Shown here piece after piece: positions 30,286 to 40,898 of a stretch of 64,000 nt of DNA. The stretch covers positions 834,820 to 898,819 of the forward strand of contig CAXXLX010000002.1 of assembly GCA_963665235.2 (NCBI GenBank). The letters run 5' to 3'. The position numbers and the translations under genes are program-made. Within the stretch, counting starts at the first letter, position 1. The number at the start of each line of letters is the position of its first letter. The notes beneath the pieces were generated by a model. The model was not told where the DNA came from, searched no databases, and saw only the letters and a program-made list of their open reading frames with translations. This stretch comes from Candidatus Poribacteria bacterium. GTDB lineage: Bacteria; Poribacteria; WGA-4E; WGA-3G.

Positions 30286-31695
30286 TCAAACCTCAAGGCG
30301 GACAAACGCAAGGGATGCCCCCGAAAACAACACGACCAGAAACAGTGTCAACAGCAGAAAATCTAACGCCGCGGCGTTGAAATCACGGGTGAGACTGAGC
30401 GTATCCTTAAATTTAGGAATTGCTTCTGGACTGACCGGTTTCTGGGACATCCCTTCAGGAATCCCAATAATATGAAGACTCTCTGCATCGGCTCTATCGG
30501 TATCAACGACGAACTCGCGGTATTCCCGGGCGTAACGCTGCGCATTCTCAATAAATTGCAGATGCCGTTCAAATCCTGTTCCCGCGAAAGATTCAAAGAG
30601 ACGTTGGAGAATCGCTGCTGGTGAGATTCGAGTTATCGCACGCGCCCGTTTCCCTTGTGCAAGCTGCTGCTTCAAATATGCCTCATTGAAACGTTCATAT
30701 TCTTCTGCCTCTGAGGTGACATACTCCCCGAGGACATGCACTGATGGCGTAACCTGTGAGTCGCCATATTTATCTTGGTATGCCTCGCGCGCCTCGTCTG
30801 CAATCCGAATGCGCTGGGTCCAAAACTTCTCGTAAGCTATCGGGACTGACGTTCGACTGCCGATAGATGCCAACGTATTCGGCATAAACACCACAAAACT
30901 GACCCAGATTAACAGTAGCACAACGAGACTCACCCCGCTCTCTCGTACTACAGCGGAAATGAGAAGTCCTAACGCCATAAAGATGCACATATAGAGAATA
31001 GAGACAACATATAGGATGCCTAAACGTCCCCAAGACTCAGCGTTGAGCTGCACCGCATCTGAAATGGCAATCAGGAGTAGGTTCATCAATATCGCAATGG
31101 CAAACGGAATGTTAATGCTAATGAACGCGCCGAAGAACTTTCCAATTAGTACTGTGTGCCGTGGAATAGGATTTGCTAGTGTTAAGCGCAATGTGCCGCG
31201 TTGTAGTTCGCCGGAGACCGAATCGAAGGTAAAGAGAATTGCCACGAAACTCAGCACATAACCGACAATGAACGCCCAATCCAATGTAGCGAAATCAGGA
31301 CGGATATTACGGAGATTTGGTGTCTCTTGTGGATACCCCATCCGCCAGATAGGTGTCATGTTGGCGATTGTGCGTGCAAAGTTTGCGCCGCTGGCGTGCG
31401 TCGGTAGGAACGCCTCATCGCCTTCCGCACAGAAACGGAGAGGTGAGGGTGCCTTGTGGAGGTCCCCGGGGCCTTCAGTTGCAAGGCGATATAAGTTGGT
31501 GCTACGTGCTTCTAAGCTCTTTATGGCACCGGCAGCGGCGTTATGATATGCTTGTGTCCGCGGCGGGTGTTCGCGCAGATACAGGAGCGCGTTGGTCAGC
31601 ATCAATGCCAACAACAGCACTGTTGCCAGTGCGAAACGGAGGCTATTCAGATTGTCGTAGAGTTCACGTTTTGCAATATGCCAAATCATACCCAT
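30286..31695 (-). CDS. ABC-2 type transporter permease subunit
   Basis: IAKRELYDNL, FDSVSGELQRGTLRLTLANPIPR...GKF, multiple TM helices. Confidence 0.85.
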   Translation of the reverse strand: MGMIWHIAKRELYDNLNSLRFALATVLLLALMLTNALLYLREHPPRTQAYHNAAAGAIKSLEARSTNLYRLATEGPGDLHKAPSPLRFCAEGDEAFLPTHASGANFARTIANMTPIWRMGYPQETPNLRNIRPDFATLDWAFIVGYVLSFVAILFTFDSVSGELQRGTLRLTLANPIPRHTVLIGKFFGAFISINIPFAIAILMNLLLIAISDAVQLNAESWGRLGILYVVSILYMCIFMALGLLISAVVRESGVSLVVLLLIWVSFVVFMPNTLASIGSRTSVPIAYEKFWTQRIRIADEAREAYQDKYGDSQVTPSVHVLGEYVTSEAEEYERFNEAYLKQQLAQGKRARAITRISPAAILQRLFESFAGTGFERHLQFIENAQRYAREYREFVVDTDRADAESLHIIGIPEGMSQKPVSPEAIPKFKDTLSLTRDFNAAALDFLLLTLFLVVLFSGASLAFVRLEV

Positions 31696-31696
31696 C

Positions 31697-33190
31697 CTAC
31701 ACTTCGCTTTTGATGAAAATAAGAACGGTCCCCATGAACAAAACGAGGTTCCATATCAGTAGTAAAAACAGGTCTGGTAAAGCCCGCTTTGCATTGGTTC
31801 GGACATCACTTCTCTGAAAAGAAAAGGTTGGGAGCGTGCTCCAATCGACTGCGCCTTTATCAGCAACAAACCACTCCCGTGATGCAAATGCGTCTTTTGC
31901 ATAGAGATAGTCAATTTTGACTCTTCGGTAACGTCGTGCTGCATCGAAAAAATCTCTGAGTCCCGAGAAATCTGTTCCTGCCCACGCTTGTGTCGCAGCG
32001 TCATAGATGCCTACAGGTGAGAATTTCAACAACATCCTATCAGTTGTGGCTTGTTGAACGTAAATTTCATCAAGTGCCTGCTTGCGGATACGCCAAGCCT
32101 TTTCCACTGTTTGGGTGACCAGCGGTTCAACGAAATTGTAATACCGCTTAGCGACGGGGACGTACTTCTCAAAGTTCGGCTGGATTTCTGAAATAACACT
32201 CATATTCTCAATATAAGATGTCAGGGTTGCAGGGTCTACATCCGCTTGGTGATAGAACCCTAACGCCTTGCTGAATTCCGATATTTCTCCAGCGATACCC
32301 TCGTTTTCAAGAAACTTTTGACGTTCTCTTTCATATTCATCTAAAATTTGTTGAATCTGGTTATGGGTAGTCTTCACACGCGCCTGAATGTTGCCTCCTG
32401 GGTTAACCGTTGCTCGAATCAAGTTCGGATACACGAGTATCAGAAACCCCCATACAAACATCGCCAGCATTAACGCCGTGCCGGTTCTACGCGTCGCTAC
32501 GGAAAGCAGCAATCCAATGAGGTAGAATAGCGATAGATACGCGAATGAGGTAAGAACAATACCACCGATACGGAGAAAATCCGCAGCTGACAGCGGAATC
32601 GAACGCGTTAGCAACAGTAGGGAAAAGAGCAGACTCGATATCAGGGGAAGCAACAGACACGTCATGGCACTGATATATTTTGCAAGTAAAATCTGTCCGC
32701 GTCCGATAGGTTGTGTGAGAACAAGACGTAACGTGCCGTGCTCACGTTCCCCCGCAATCGCATCGTAAGCGAATATCAACCCCATCAGGCTGAGGATGAC
32801 TTCAAAGACGAAGACAATATCAATTGAAGAAAAGAAGGCGATAAATGGATTGTCAGTCCCGTGCATTTGGGCATCCCATAGTGTCGGCATAAATCCGTGA
32901 TAAATACCGACGAGGTTGCCCAAACGTTTATCTAACCCGACATTGAAGATGCTCAACGGATTCGGTGCCCGGTCAATGAACAGATACGAAGTAGAGTAGG
33001 TTTTGGAATTGCGTAAATCCTGCTGATGCATTTTGACCGCATCATTATAACTCTCCAGACGTTGTTCGTAATCTTGGATAAGCACGGCGGTATTCGCAAC
33101 AACGAGTAGTAGTGTGATAAGCAATACCGCTGCGAAACGGAAGGTCATTAGATTGTTGAGCAGTTCCCTGCGAATAAGTGTTGTAAGCAT
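31697..33190 (-). CDS. ABC-2 type transporter permease subunit (paralogue)
   Basis: LIRRELLNNL, YDAIAGEREHGTLRLVLTQPIGR...AKY. Confidence 0.85.
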   Translation of the reverse strand: MLTTLIRRELLNNLMTFRFAAVLLITLLLVVANTAVLIQDYEQRLESYNDAVKMHQQDLRNSKTYSTSYLFIDRAPNPLSIFNVGLDKRLGNLVGIYHGFMPTLWDAQMHGTDNPFIAFFSSIDIVFVFEVILSLMGLIFAYDAIAGEREHGTLRLVLTQPIGRGQILLAKYISAMTCLLLPLISSLLFSLLLLTRSIPLSAADFLRIGGIVLTSFAYLSLFYLIGLLLSVATRRTGTALMLAMFVWGFLILVYPNLIRATVNPGGNIQARVKTTHNQIQQILDEYERERQKFLENEGIAGEISEFSKALGFYHQADVDPATLTSYIENMSVISEIQPNFEKYVPVAKRYYNFVEPLVTQTVEKAWRIRKQALDEIYVQQATTDRMLLKFSPVGIYDAATQAWAGTDFSGLRDFFDAARRYRRVKIDYLYAKDAFASREWFVADKGAVDWSTLPTFSFQRSDVRTNAKRALPDLFLLLIWNLVLFMGTVLIFIKSEV

Positions 33191-33246
33191 CAGGACTTCC
33201 GCAAATTGGGCGTGGAAACGTTTGTGAGGAGGAAGGGTTGGTATGC

Positions 33247-33885
33247 TTATGTCTGCTGGCTGGGTGCGGAGAGGACTCCGCGAGAAGCCTCCATCTCTGC
33301 CTCTCGCAGGACGACGCGGACGTTCGGTGCACGAACTAATAGCAGCCCGACTAAGGCATCATGGGAACTATTACATGAAAAGGCGACGGTGTCAGTGCTG
33401 TTCTCTTGAACGGCTTCCATTTCGCCTAATTTTATCAGGCCTCCAGCAATGGCAGAGACCCGCCGCTCAGCACTTCTGCCTTCACCATCAGCCGTCACCC
33501 GATAGATGCCATCCCCTACAGAATCTACCGTGATGTTTAGCTTAGATTTTTTATCGACCGTGTTCAAGGGACGAACTTCTATAGGCGCGTTCGGTTCAAG
33601 TTTGCACGCCTCCAAAAAGACGCGCCGACACGCCGCTTCATGCCCATCGCCACAAGGAAAATAGAGCAGCCCCTCCGGCGTTTCTAACATGCCGCCTAAG
33701 GTTTGCATCGCTTGGCGCACCCCTTGAATTCGGGTATCCGCATCTGTTACACTGCTATAGGTATGCACGCGGAAGACAGTACGTGCATCGTGTTGCTGGC
33801 GGTAGAGCGCGATAGTGATGTCATGGAAATGGGGGTCAATCGGCACAAGTTCAATGCGTCTGCCGATATTAACGATAGATGCCAT
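33247..33885 (-). CDS. hypothetical protein
   Basis: 212-aa ORF co-oriented within the operon; no motif recognised. Confidence 0.7.
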   Translation of the reverse strand: MASIVNIGRRIELVPIDPHFHDITIALYRQQHDARTVFRVHTYSSVTDADTRIQGVRQAMQTLGGMLETPEGLLYFPCGDGHEAACRRVFLEACKLEPNAPIEVRPLNTVDKKSKLNITVDSVGDGIYRVTADGEGRSAERRVSAIAGGLIKLGEMEAVQENSTDTVAFSCNSSHDALVGLLLVRAPNVRVVLREAEMEASRGVLSAPSQQT

Positions 33886-33917
33886 AAAATTGCCTTGCTT
33901 TACGTTGGACAGAGCGT

Positions 33918-34829
33918 TTAGCGCATAGAATACCGGCTGTCATGGTAGTTTTTAACATAAGTGTACGCCCTTTCCGATACCCGCCGTAGAATATTCGCGC
34001 GCCGGCTGACCCAAGTGCCAAACGGAAGCGACCGGTTTCGGGTGCGGGTTTTGGTTTTATCCTGAATTAACCCTGTAAAAACATAGGGGCGCGCCCGTCC
34101 GTGCGAATCGCGAATCACTAAAATACCGCTATCTCCTATCAATCCATAGACAGTGCCCGTTTTGTTATACACCTTCGTTGTTCGCGGAATGTAAGTTTTT
34201 TTGTAGATGTAATCGCCGTTCGGCAGCTCGAAGTAATACCGCATTTTGTCGGAGTGCGGCAGATTGTTGCGCCATAGCTGGACGTAAAACTTATTCAAAT
34301 CTCGCGCTGAAGTCAAATTTCTGTAAGTTCTCCCGCTTGCAGGAATGTATTCCACAATCTCGGTCTGCTCGAAATAGGGGTAATTCGCTTTCAAAATCTT
34401 ATTGACTCTATAGGGGCCACCGATGAGTCTGATAAAATGATTGGTAGAAGTATTTGAGCTCTTCTGAATCATTTCCCGCAGATGGTAGCGATTTGTTTGG
34501 GTATGGCTTAAACGGCGATACTTGACTTCGTGAAAATATGCAAGCATAATGAAGTTTTTCGCCAGCGATGCAGCCATCATTCGACGTTCCTCGTTGATAG
34601 ATACCAATTTTTTCTCGTTGGAGATATCATAAACAACGAAACTGGTTTGTTCCGTTGATGCCAGCTGGCCGCGCCTCCGCTGGTTCTTAATATAGTTTTC
34701 AAAAATTCTTTCTAGATAGGAATCTATCGTTGGGTCATACTTCGTCGCGAATGTCGTGGTTCCGGAAAATAGGAGGCCGACCCCACAACAAACGAATAAG
34801 CTAAGGATATAGATAGCACATCTTTTCAT
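33918..34829 (-). CDS. exported serine hydrolase, class A beta-lactamase-like / PBP fold
   Basis: Signal peptide from MKRCAIY; SxxK (ASLAK), SxN (SSN) and KTG motifs. Confidence 0.8.
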   Translation of the reverse strand: MKRCAIYILSLFVCCGVGLLFSGTTTFATKYDPTIDSYLERIFENYIKNQRRRGQLASTEQTSFVVYDISNEKKLVSINEERRMMAASLAKNFIMLAYFHEVKYRRLSHTQTNRYHLREMIQKSSNTSTNHFIRLIGGPYRVNKILKANYPYFEQTEIVEYIPASGRTYRNLTSARDLNKFYVQLWRNNLPHSDKMRYYFELPNGDYIYKKTYIPRTTKVYNKTGTVYGLIGDSGILVIRDSHGRARPYVFTGLIQDKTKTRTRNRSLPFGTWVSRRANILRRVSERAYTYVKNYHDSRYSMR

Positions 34830-34926
34830 CAGTATTTTGTCTTCCTTTCTGTAGGTTATCCCCGATGAGTAGGGAGTATGATTGCTTTTGCATTTTTTGT
34901 AATGCTGCCATTTTCTGGATAGCACG

Positions 34927-36441
34927 CTATTCTGTCGGTAGCTGGTAACAGGCGGCTTCTCGGTTGTTTCGGACAAGCAGATAGCTGCCAGCAAGTGCCG
35001 GTGTGTTCCAGGTCGTGTGCCCGGTCAACGCTCTGAACCGCGCGAGTTCTCTATGCGATTCCGGTGTCGGTTCTAGTAGGACAACCTCTCCAGATTCCGT
35101 AAGGACCAGCAGGACATCCGAGACCAGAAGTGTCTGTCCATGTCCATACCTGCCGCGTTTCCATTGGCGTGTCCCATCGGCTAGCTTCACGCAAGCGAAA
35201 ATACCATCGTCAAGACCATATAGGTAGCCCGCGTGATAGATAATAGTAGTGAATTTTGCTTTGAGATAGATGGTTTCCCATATAAGAGAAACGTTAAAGT
35301 CTGCTGTCGGGTTACGTGTAACCTGAAACAGCTTCGCACCGACACCATACCCGGTTGAGACGAGCAGTTGGTCCCCGGACAGCGGCATTGGTTGTGCCAC
35401 ACATTCCGCCCTTGGCCACGGTTGCTTCCATAAGAGCTCTCCAGTTGCGGGCTCATGCGCGGTGACAAGCCCCTGGTTAAAGAGGATAATTTGCTCGGTG
35501 CCTGCTAAGGTTGTGACGAACGGTGAGCTGTAACCGGTGCGGGTTCTGTGTCCTATCCATGCAACCTCCCCCGTTTCCGTGTGATATGCTACTGCTCCCC
35601 CAGCACTGACGACGACGATGTCGTTAAGCACAAGCGGTGAACTGCTCACGCCCCAGGGCGGTGTTCCCGCACCGTGTGCCTCAAAGACATTCTTTGACCA
35701 GAGGGGTTGCCCAGTATTGAGCTCTAAACAGTTCAGAATACCGGTTGAGCCGAGCGTGTAAACCTTTGATTTATCAATCGTTGGGGTGGCTCGGGGGCCG
35801 AGCCCTGCAAGGGCGGTGTCGTATCTCGCCCGGTCGCGATGGCTCCACTTGATATCCCCGGTGTGCAAGTCGTAACAGACAACTTTTTCCCAGTCGCCCT
35901 CCTGTTCCTGTGTGATTGCGAAATTGCCAGCCACAGCAAAACCTGACCAGCCAGCACCGACCGGTTTCCGCCACACTAAAGTGGGTGGGTGTTCCTCCCA
36001 ATTCCGTTTCAATTTGACATTGGTTATTACTGCATTCCGGTTCGGGCCGAGGAACTGTGGATAATCCATCTGATAACTTTCAGGAACGCGTTCGGATGGG
36101 TTCGAAACAGTGGGCTCCGCGGTTTTCTTGTCCCATCGCAGCTTAAATTTAGGAACAAGGTCACCGCTAAAACCGTCAAATTGGAAAAGACTACCGCACG
36201 CTACACCCCCTAAGATGAGCACAGCAGCAGCAACGAGTTTAACCCGCCAGGCGAGCCGAGAGAAGCATAGCAGCCACAACACTGCAAGAATCACCGTAAG
36301 GAGCAGCACCATGATTGTCTTGATAATTTCGTCTTGACGATGGTCAGCATCCATAAACCAGATCAGTCCGATGCCCAGAAGAGCGAGACCAGCGATGCTA
36401 AAAATCGGCCACCAACGGATAGGTTTTTTTGTGGAAGTCAT
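34927..36441 (-). CDS. membrane-anchored PQQ-like beta-propeller repeat protein
   Basis: N-terminal TM helices, YPQFLGPNRN, GPRATPT, SSSPLV, TWNTPALAG..LLVRN. Confidence 0.85.
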   Translation of the reverse strand: MTSTKKPIRWWPIFSIAGLALLGIGLIWFMDADHRQDEIIKTIMVLLLTVILAVLWLLCFSRLAWRVKLVAAAVLILGGVACGSLFQFDGFSGDLVPKFKLRWDKKTAEPTVSNPSERVPESYQMDYPQFLGPNRNAVITNVKLKRNWEEHPPTLVWRKPVGAGWSGFAVAGNFAITQEQEGDWEKVVCYDLHTGDIKWSHRDRARYDTALAGLGPRATPTIDKSKVYTLGSTGILNCLELNTGQPLWSKNVFEAHGAGTPPWGVSSSPLVLNDIVVVSAGGAVAYHTETGEVAWIGHRTRTGYSSPFVTTLAGTEQIILFNQGLVTAHEPATGELLWKQPWPRAECVAQPMPLSGDQLLVSTGYGVGAKLFQVTRNPTADFNVSLIWETIYLKAKFTTIIYHAGYLYGLDDGIFACVKLADGTRQWKRGRYGHGQTLLVSDVLLVLTESGEVVLLEPTPESHRELARFRALTGHTTWNTPALAGSYLLVRNNREAACYQLPTE

Positions 36442-36529
36442 AGATATATCTGCCTTTAAAATTATTCACTTTAACCATCATACACGTTTCTCATAATTTT
36501 GTCCAGCAAAAAAATTAATAATCAATAAT

Positions 36530-37469
36530 GGGTGTGTCCAGTTTTTGTAATTATGATAGCGGGAAGGGTGGAAGAGGGGAAGGATGGAAGGGTGGAAGGG
36601 TGGAAGAGGGGAAGGGTGGAAGAGGGGAAGGGTGGAAGAGGGGAAGGATGGAAGAGGGGATTTCGCGGGTGCTGTCTGAATCGCGGAAGGCGCGGAGGAC
36701 GCGGAGAACGCGGAAAGAAGAGGTTCTCGCCCATGAAACATTTCGCCCGGATGGGGCTAAGAGGGGGGGGATTTTTGTGTGCTTGCTTGTCTGAATCGCG
36801 GAAGGCGCGGAGAACGCGGAGGACGCGGAAAAAAGAGGCGGAACAATCAAAGTTTTGTGACTAGCGGTGTCTATTTTTCTCAAAGTTTCTCACACAAGGA
36901 CAAATAAGAGAAAAATAGGATAGGATGTGCGAAAACGCAGCCCCAGCGGGGCGGAATGTTTATAGCAAACGCAACCACACCACAAACTAGCCCCAGCGGG
37001 GCGGAATGTTTATAGAAGCAACAACACCCTAACCTATAATCACAAAACTTGGCGTGTTACGCATCTTATACCATTTTTATTAATTATTCTATCATACTTC
37101 ACTGTAAATTACCGGTTGTTAGAAATGAAACGGAGAACGGAAGACCTCAAACTGGAAGTTTATGCTACAATAAAGCACACAAACTGGAAGTTTATGCTAC
37201 AAGAAAGAGACATTTTCAATTAGAAATGGTATTACAATCCACGCAATCCGTGTAATGCGCGATAATCCCCGGTTCAGACAAAAAATCCGTAGATGTTAGC
37301 AACAACCCTCTTTTTCCGCGTCCTCTGTGTCCTCTGTGCCTTCCGCGATTCAGACAGGACAGACGCGAAATCCCCTCTTCCATCCGTCCCCTCTTCCATC
37401 CTTCCATCCGTCCCCTCTTCCACCCTTCCACCCTTCCCTCTATCATATTTACAAAAATTTCACACACTC
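36530..37469. repeat. foldback element with 170-200 bp imperfect inverted arms containing polypurine/polypyrimidine tracts
   Basis: 36530-36725 is the approximate reverse complement of 37303-37469. Confidence 0.7.
37069..37231. mobile_element. MITE copy 4 (2 REP units)
   Basis: TTA|TACCATTT...AAATGGTA|TTA; the empty site matches the repeat GGATTTTAAGATGCGTA seen intact near 15239. Confidence 0.88.
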
Positions 37470-37552
37470 TTAGTTCATAAATTTCTTGACCAAAAAAAGT
37501 AATCGTGATAGAATGTTCCAAAAATCAACAACTTCAAGTGAGGAGACACAAA

Positions 37553-38605
37553 ATGGCAATCGGATTAGGCGTTATTGGGATGAATCCTACCAATATGGGG
37601 TCAACCACGGCACTTTTGAAAGATGTACCAGACCTAAATTACGAACTCCGCGGTATTTGTGCAAAGCGGCCGGATGTTCTGGAAAACTATGCCAAACAGC
37701 TCGGTGTGGCGTTCTGGACGACAGATTATCGTGAATTGGTTCAGCGCGATGATATTTCTGTCATCGCTGTTTATTCGCCGGACCATCTGCACGCGGAACA
37801 TTGCATCGCCGCCATTGAAGCTGGCAAACACGTCGTCTGCACAAAACCGATGGTGACAACCTTAGCAGATGCACAACGGTTGGTAGCCCTAGTTCGCCAA
37901 CACGATGTCAAATTCCTTGTTGGGCAGACAATGCGGTTTGACCTACAGTTTTTGACGATGAAACGACTCTTTGACGATGGCGACCTAGGCGACCTCATGG
38001 TGGCAGACGCATATTATGTACACGACCTGCGGGATGTTTACGACTTCACGCCGTGGCGACTGCACACCCCACAAGACCTAATGTTCGGCGGTGTTGTGCA
38101 CCCCGTTGACATTCTACGAAGTTTCCTCGGTGATGTTGAAGAGGTACACGCTTACGGCGCGAAAGGCACGCTCACCCCCGAATACCCTATCATGAACAAC
38201 TTCTTTCTCAACCTGAAGTTTAAGAGCGGCCAGATTGCAAGGGCGATGGGGCTTTACGATGTCGTCCACCCACCGATGCCGATGATGCAGGTGTCACTTT
38301 ACGGCACTAAAGCCACAATGATTGGGGAATTCACCGATAACACGGAAGGCACGGTTAAACTCATGCTTGATAAGGCAACCGCAAGAGTGCCTTTTGAAAT
38401 GACGGTCCCCGCCGAAGTTGACACAAGCGTTTACGGACACGGACAAACCGTTATCCGGTACATGCGGCATTTTCAACACTGCCTAAAACACAATACGGAA
38501 CCCTCCCCGAATGTGATTGATGGCGCGAAGTCTATTGCTGTCGGCGTTGCTGCATGGAAATCCATTGAAACGGGTCAACCTGTCAAGGTTTACAACGAAT
38601 TTTAA
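37553..38605 (+). CDS. Gfo/Idh/MocA oxidoreductase
   Basis: SPDHLHAEH, GKHVVCTKP, GVVHPVD; GAGGAG RBS before ATG 37553. Confidence 0.88.
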   Translation: MAIGLGVIGMNPTNMGSTTALLKDVPDLNYELRGICAKRPDVLENYAKQLGVAFWTTDYRELVQRDDISVIAVYSPDHLHAEHCIAAIEAGKHVVCTKPMVTTLADAQRLVALVRQHDVKFLVGQTMRFDLQFLTMKRLFDDGDLGDLMVADAYYVHDLRDVYDFTPWRLHTPQDLMFGGVVHPVDILRSFLGDVEEVHAYGAKGTLTPEYPIMNNFFLNLKFKSGQIARAMGLYDVVHPPMPMMQVSLYGTKATMIGEFTDNTEGTVKLMLDKATARVPFEMTVPAEVDTSVYGHGQTVIRYMRHFQHCLKHNTEPSPNVIDGAKSIAVGVAAWKSIETGQPVKVYNEF

Positions 38606-38635
38606 CTCCAATTTCAGAATTTATGAAAAAATTGC

Positions 38636-38682
38636 TTGACAATTTTATGGACATTAAGATATAATTTAGTTATACCTAAATT
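38636..38682 (+). promoter_or_regulatory. promoter overlapped by a DtxR/MntR-type operator
   Basis: TTGACA at 38636, TATAAT at 38660, palindrome AATTTAGttatacCTAAATT at 38663-38682 upstream of the repressor gene. Confidence 0.72.
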
Positions 38683-38738
38683 AATTTATAGACACGTCTA
38701 ATAATTTTAGCACCGAGTGTCTAAATTGGAAAAATCGA

Positions 38739-39416
38739 ATGCTTACACATGCAGCTGAGGATTACCTAAAATCAATTTACAAGCTACAGGAAAAGGGCGG
38801 TAAAGTTTCGACTGGACTTTTGGCAGAATACCTCAACGTTAAACCCGCATCGGCGACGGGGATGATTAAAAAGTTGAAGGCGATGAAGCTAGTCAACCAC
38901 GAACGGTATCAGGAGGTGACGCTGACAGAGGCGGGCAGAGCCATCGCGCTTGAAATCATTCGCCATCACCGTTTATTGGAGCTTTACCTATTCAAAGCAC
39001 TCGGCGTACCGTGGGATGGTGTCCACGAAGAAGCCGAAAAATTGGAACACGTCATCTCTGAAGATGTAGAGGCACGGATGGATGAGATTCTCGGATATCC
39101 GACCACGGACCCACACGGTGCACCCATACCGGATAAAAACGGGGTCGTAACAAAAACGCCATCTGTCCCAATGACGGACCTACAGACAGGTCAATCTTGT
39201 GTTGTCGCTGAAGTGAACGATGACGACTCCGCACTGCTCCGACATCTTGGCGGTTTTAACCTTTATCCCGGCACAGCATTTCGCGTTATTGAGGTTGCTC
39301 CCTTCGAGGGGCCCTTCACGATTGACATTGCGGGACAGCAGGCGGTCATCGGACGGGAGGTCGCAAAACATATTTTCGTCGATAAGGTGCAAGGGCCAGA
39401 TGTAGACGATACGTAG
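38739..39416 (+). CDS. DtxR/MntR (TroR-like) metal-dependent repressor with FeoA domain
   Basis: EDYLKSIY, RHHRLLELYL, HEEAEKLEH, DPHGAPIP, C-terminal FeoA/SH3 domain. Confidence 0.92.
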   Translation: MLTHAAEDYLKSIYKLQEKGGKVSTGLLAEYLNVKPASATGMIKKLKAMKLVNHERYQEVTLTEAGRAIALEIIRHHRLLELYLFKALGVPWDGVHEEAEKLEHVISEDVEARMDEILGYPTTDPHGAPIPDKNGVVTKTPSVPMTDLQTGQSCVVAEVNDDDSALLRHLGGFNLYPGTAFRVIEVAPFEGPFTIDIAGQQAVIGREVAKHIFVDKVQGPDVDDT

Positions 39417-39757
39417 ACGCGCTTACATATTAGGAGAAAACAGATGACGCGGAAAATGGTTTTGTGTCTCGGACATTTCCTTTCGCAAGAGATGGGTCGG
39501 TAACTAAAGGCTCTCTTAATTCCGCGTTTCCGCGTCCTCTGCGCTAATCCGCGATTCAGACAGAAAAGAGAGCAGGATTACCGAAAAAATTAATCTTCAT
39601 AAAGTTGCTCTACAACATGTCCCTTTAATTCTAAATGTCACTATAGTCAAGTCAAAAGTCAAAAAATGTAAGCACAAGCAACGCGCCGTGCTGGATATAC
39701 GGAAGAACACGTATTTCTTACTTATATCCTTAACGAACCGCAAGGAAATCTTAAAAA

Positions 39758-40894
39758 ATGGAACAAAAACAGGGACGCCCAGATAAAAAAACTATTAAAA
39801 TCTGGAAACACCATCTACAAGATGAAGTCGATGCCAGCTACCTCTACAGTGTCTTCGCTGAGCTTGAAGAGGCTGCTGAGCGGAAAGAAATCTTACTCGA
39901 ACTTGCTGATGTGGAAAGCCGACACGTAGAACGTTGGGAAGAGATACTGACTTCATACAACGTCCAAATTAAAACACCGAAACCGACTTTAAAAGCAAGA
40001 CTCATGGCGTGGTACGCCCGAAAATTTGGCAGTGCATTTCCACTTGCCCGGATGCTGAACGAGGAAGCGGGGGAGGTTAAAGATTATCTAGCACTTCATA
40101 AAAGCAGCACGTTGCCCGACGCAAAAGAGACTGCACTTATTTTAGCTAGAGAATCCGCTATGCATACTGAGAACTTACAGCAACTCACCGGCTCCAGTGA
40201 TGAACCGTGGCACAAAACTGAATCCGGCGGAATGGTCGGCACTATCGTTTACGGGTTTAATGATGGCTTAACGGCAAACTTCGGTTTAGTCGCGGGCGTT
40301 ATTGTCGCCACACAAGACCCAAGAACGCTTCTGTTGACAGGCATCGTCGGCACTGTGGTCGATGCACTCTCTATGGGCGCGTCGGGCTATCTTGCCGCGA
40401 AGAGTGAACAGGAGGTTTATGAACACGAAATAGAGGTAGAGAGAGAGGAAATTCGACTCATGCCTGACCTTGAGGAGGAAGAACTTGTCCTTATTTACGC
40501 GGCACGCGGCGTACCTAAGGAACAGGCGCGTCTGCTCGCCGAGGAGTTAATGAGCGACCCGGAACGTGCCCTTGAGGAAAAAATCCAAGCGGAACTTAAA
40601 ATTGGTAAGACCCATGCAACCCCCCTCAAAGAGGGATGGATTACCGGGATTGCAACAGCCCTCGGTGCGTTTATTCCGGTTGCACCTTTTCTCTTTACCA
40701 CGGGGGCAACCGCGATATGGATTGCTTTCAGCCTCGCTATGCTGTCCCATTTCATCGTCGGAGCCGCGCGTAGTCTTTTCACCGGACGCGGATTAATTCG
40801 GAGCGGCATTGATATGTTTGTTGTCGGCCTCGGAGTTGCAGGAATTGGCTCCATCGTCGGCGTAATCTTAGAATACTTCTGGATAGGAAACTAA
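39758..40894 (+). CDS. ferritin-like/rubrerythrin plus VIT1/CCC1 metal exporter (MbfA-like)
   Basis: N-terminal ExxH motifs (ESRH, ESAMH); VIT1 motifs YGFNDGL and SMGASGYLA. Confidence 0.85.
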   Translation: MEQKQGRPDKKTIKIWKHHLQDEVDASYLYSVFAELEEAAERKEILLELADVESRHVERWEEILTSYNVQIKTPKPTLKARLMAWYARKFGSAFPLARMLNEEAGEVKDYLALHKSSTLPDAKETALILARESAMHTENLQQLTGSSDEPWHKTESGGMVGTIVYGFNDGLTANFGLVAGVIVATQDPRTLLLTGIVGTVVDALSMGASGYLAAKSEQEVYEHEIEVEREEIRLMPDLEEEELVLIYAARGVPKEQARLLAEELMSDPERALEEKIQAELKIGKTHATPLKEGWITGIATALGAFIPVAPFLFTTGATAIWIAFSLAMLSHFIVGAARSLFTGRGLIRSGIDMFVVGLGVAGIGSIVGVILEYFWIGN

Positions 40895-40898
40895 AAAC

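Noticed and set aside
33918-34829. Bona fide antibiotic-resistance beta-lactamase
   Set aside because: Only the generic SxxK/SxN/KTG motifs are evident; a peptidoglycan peptidase or other serine hydrolase is equally likely
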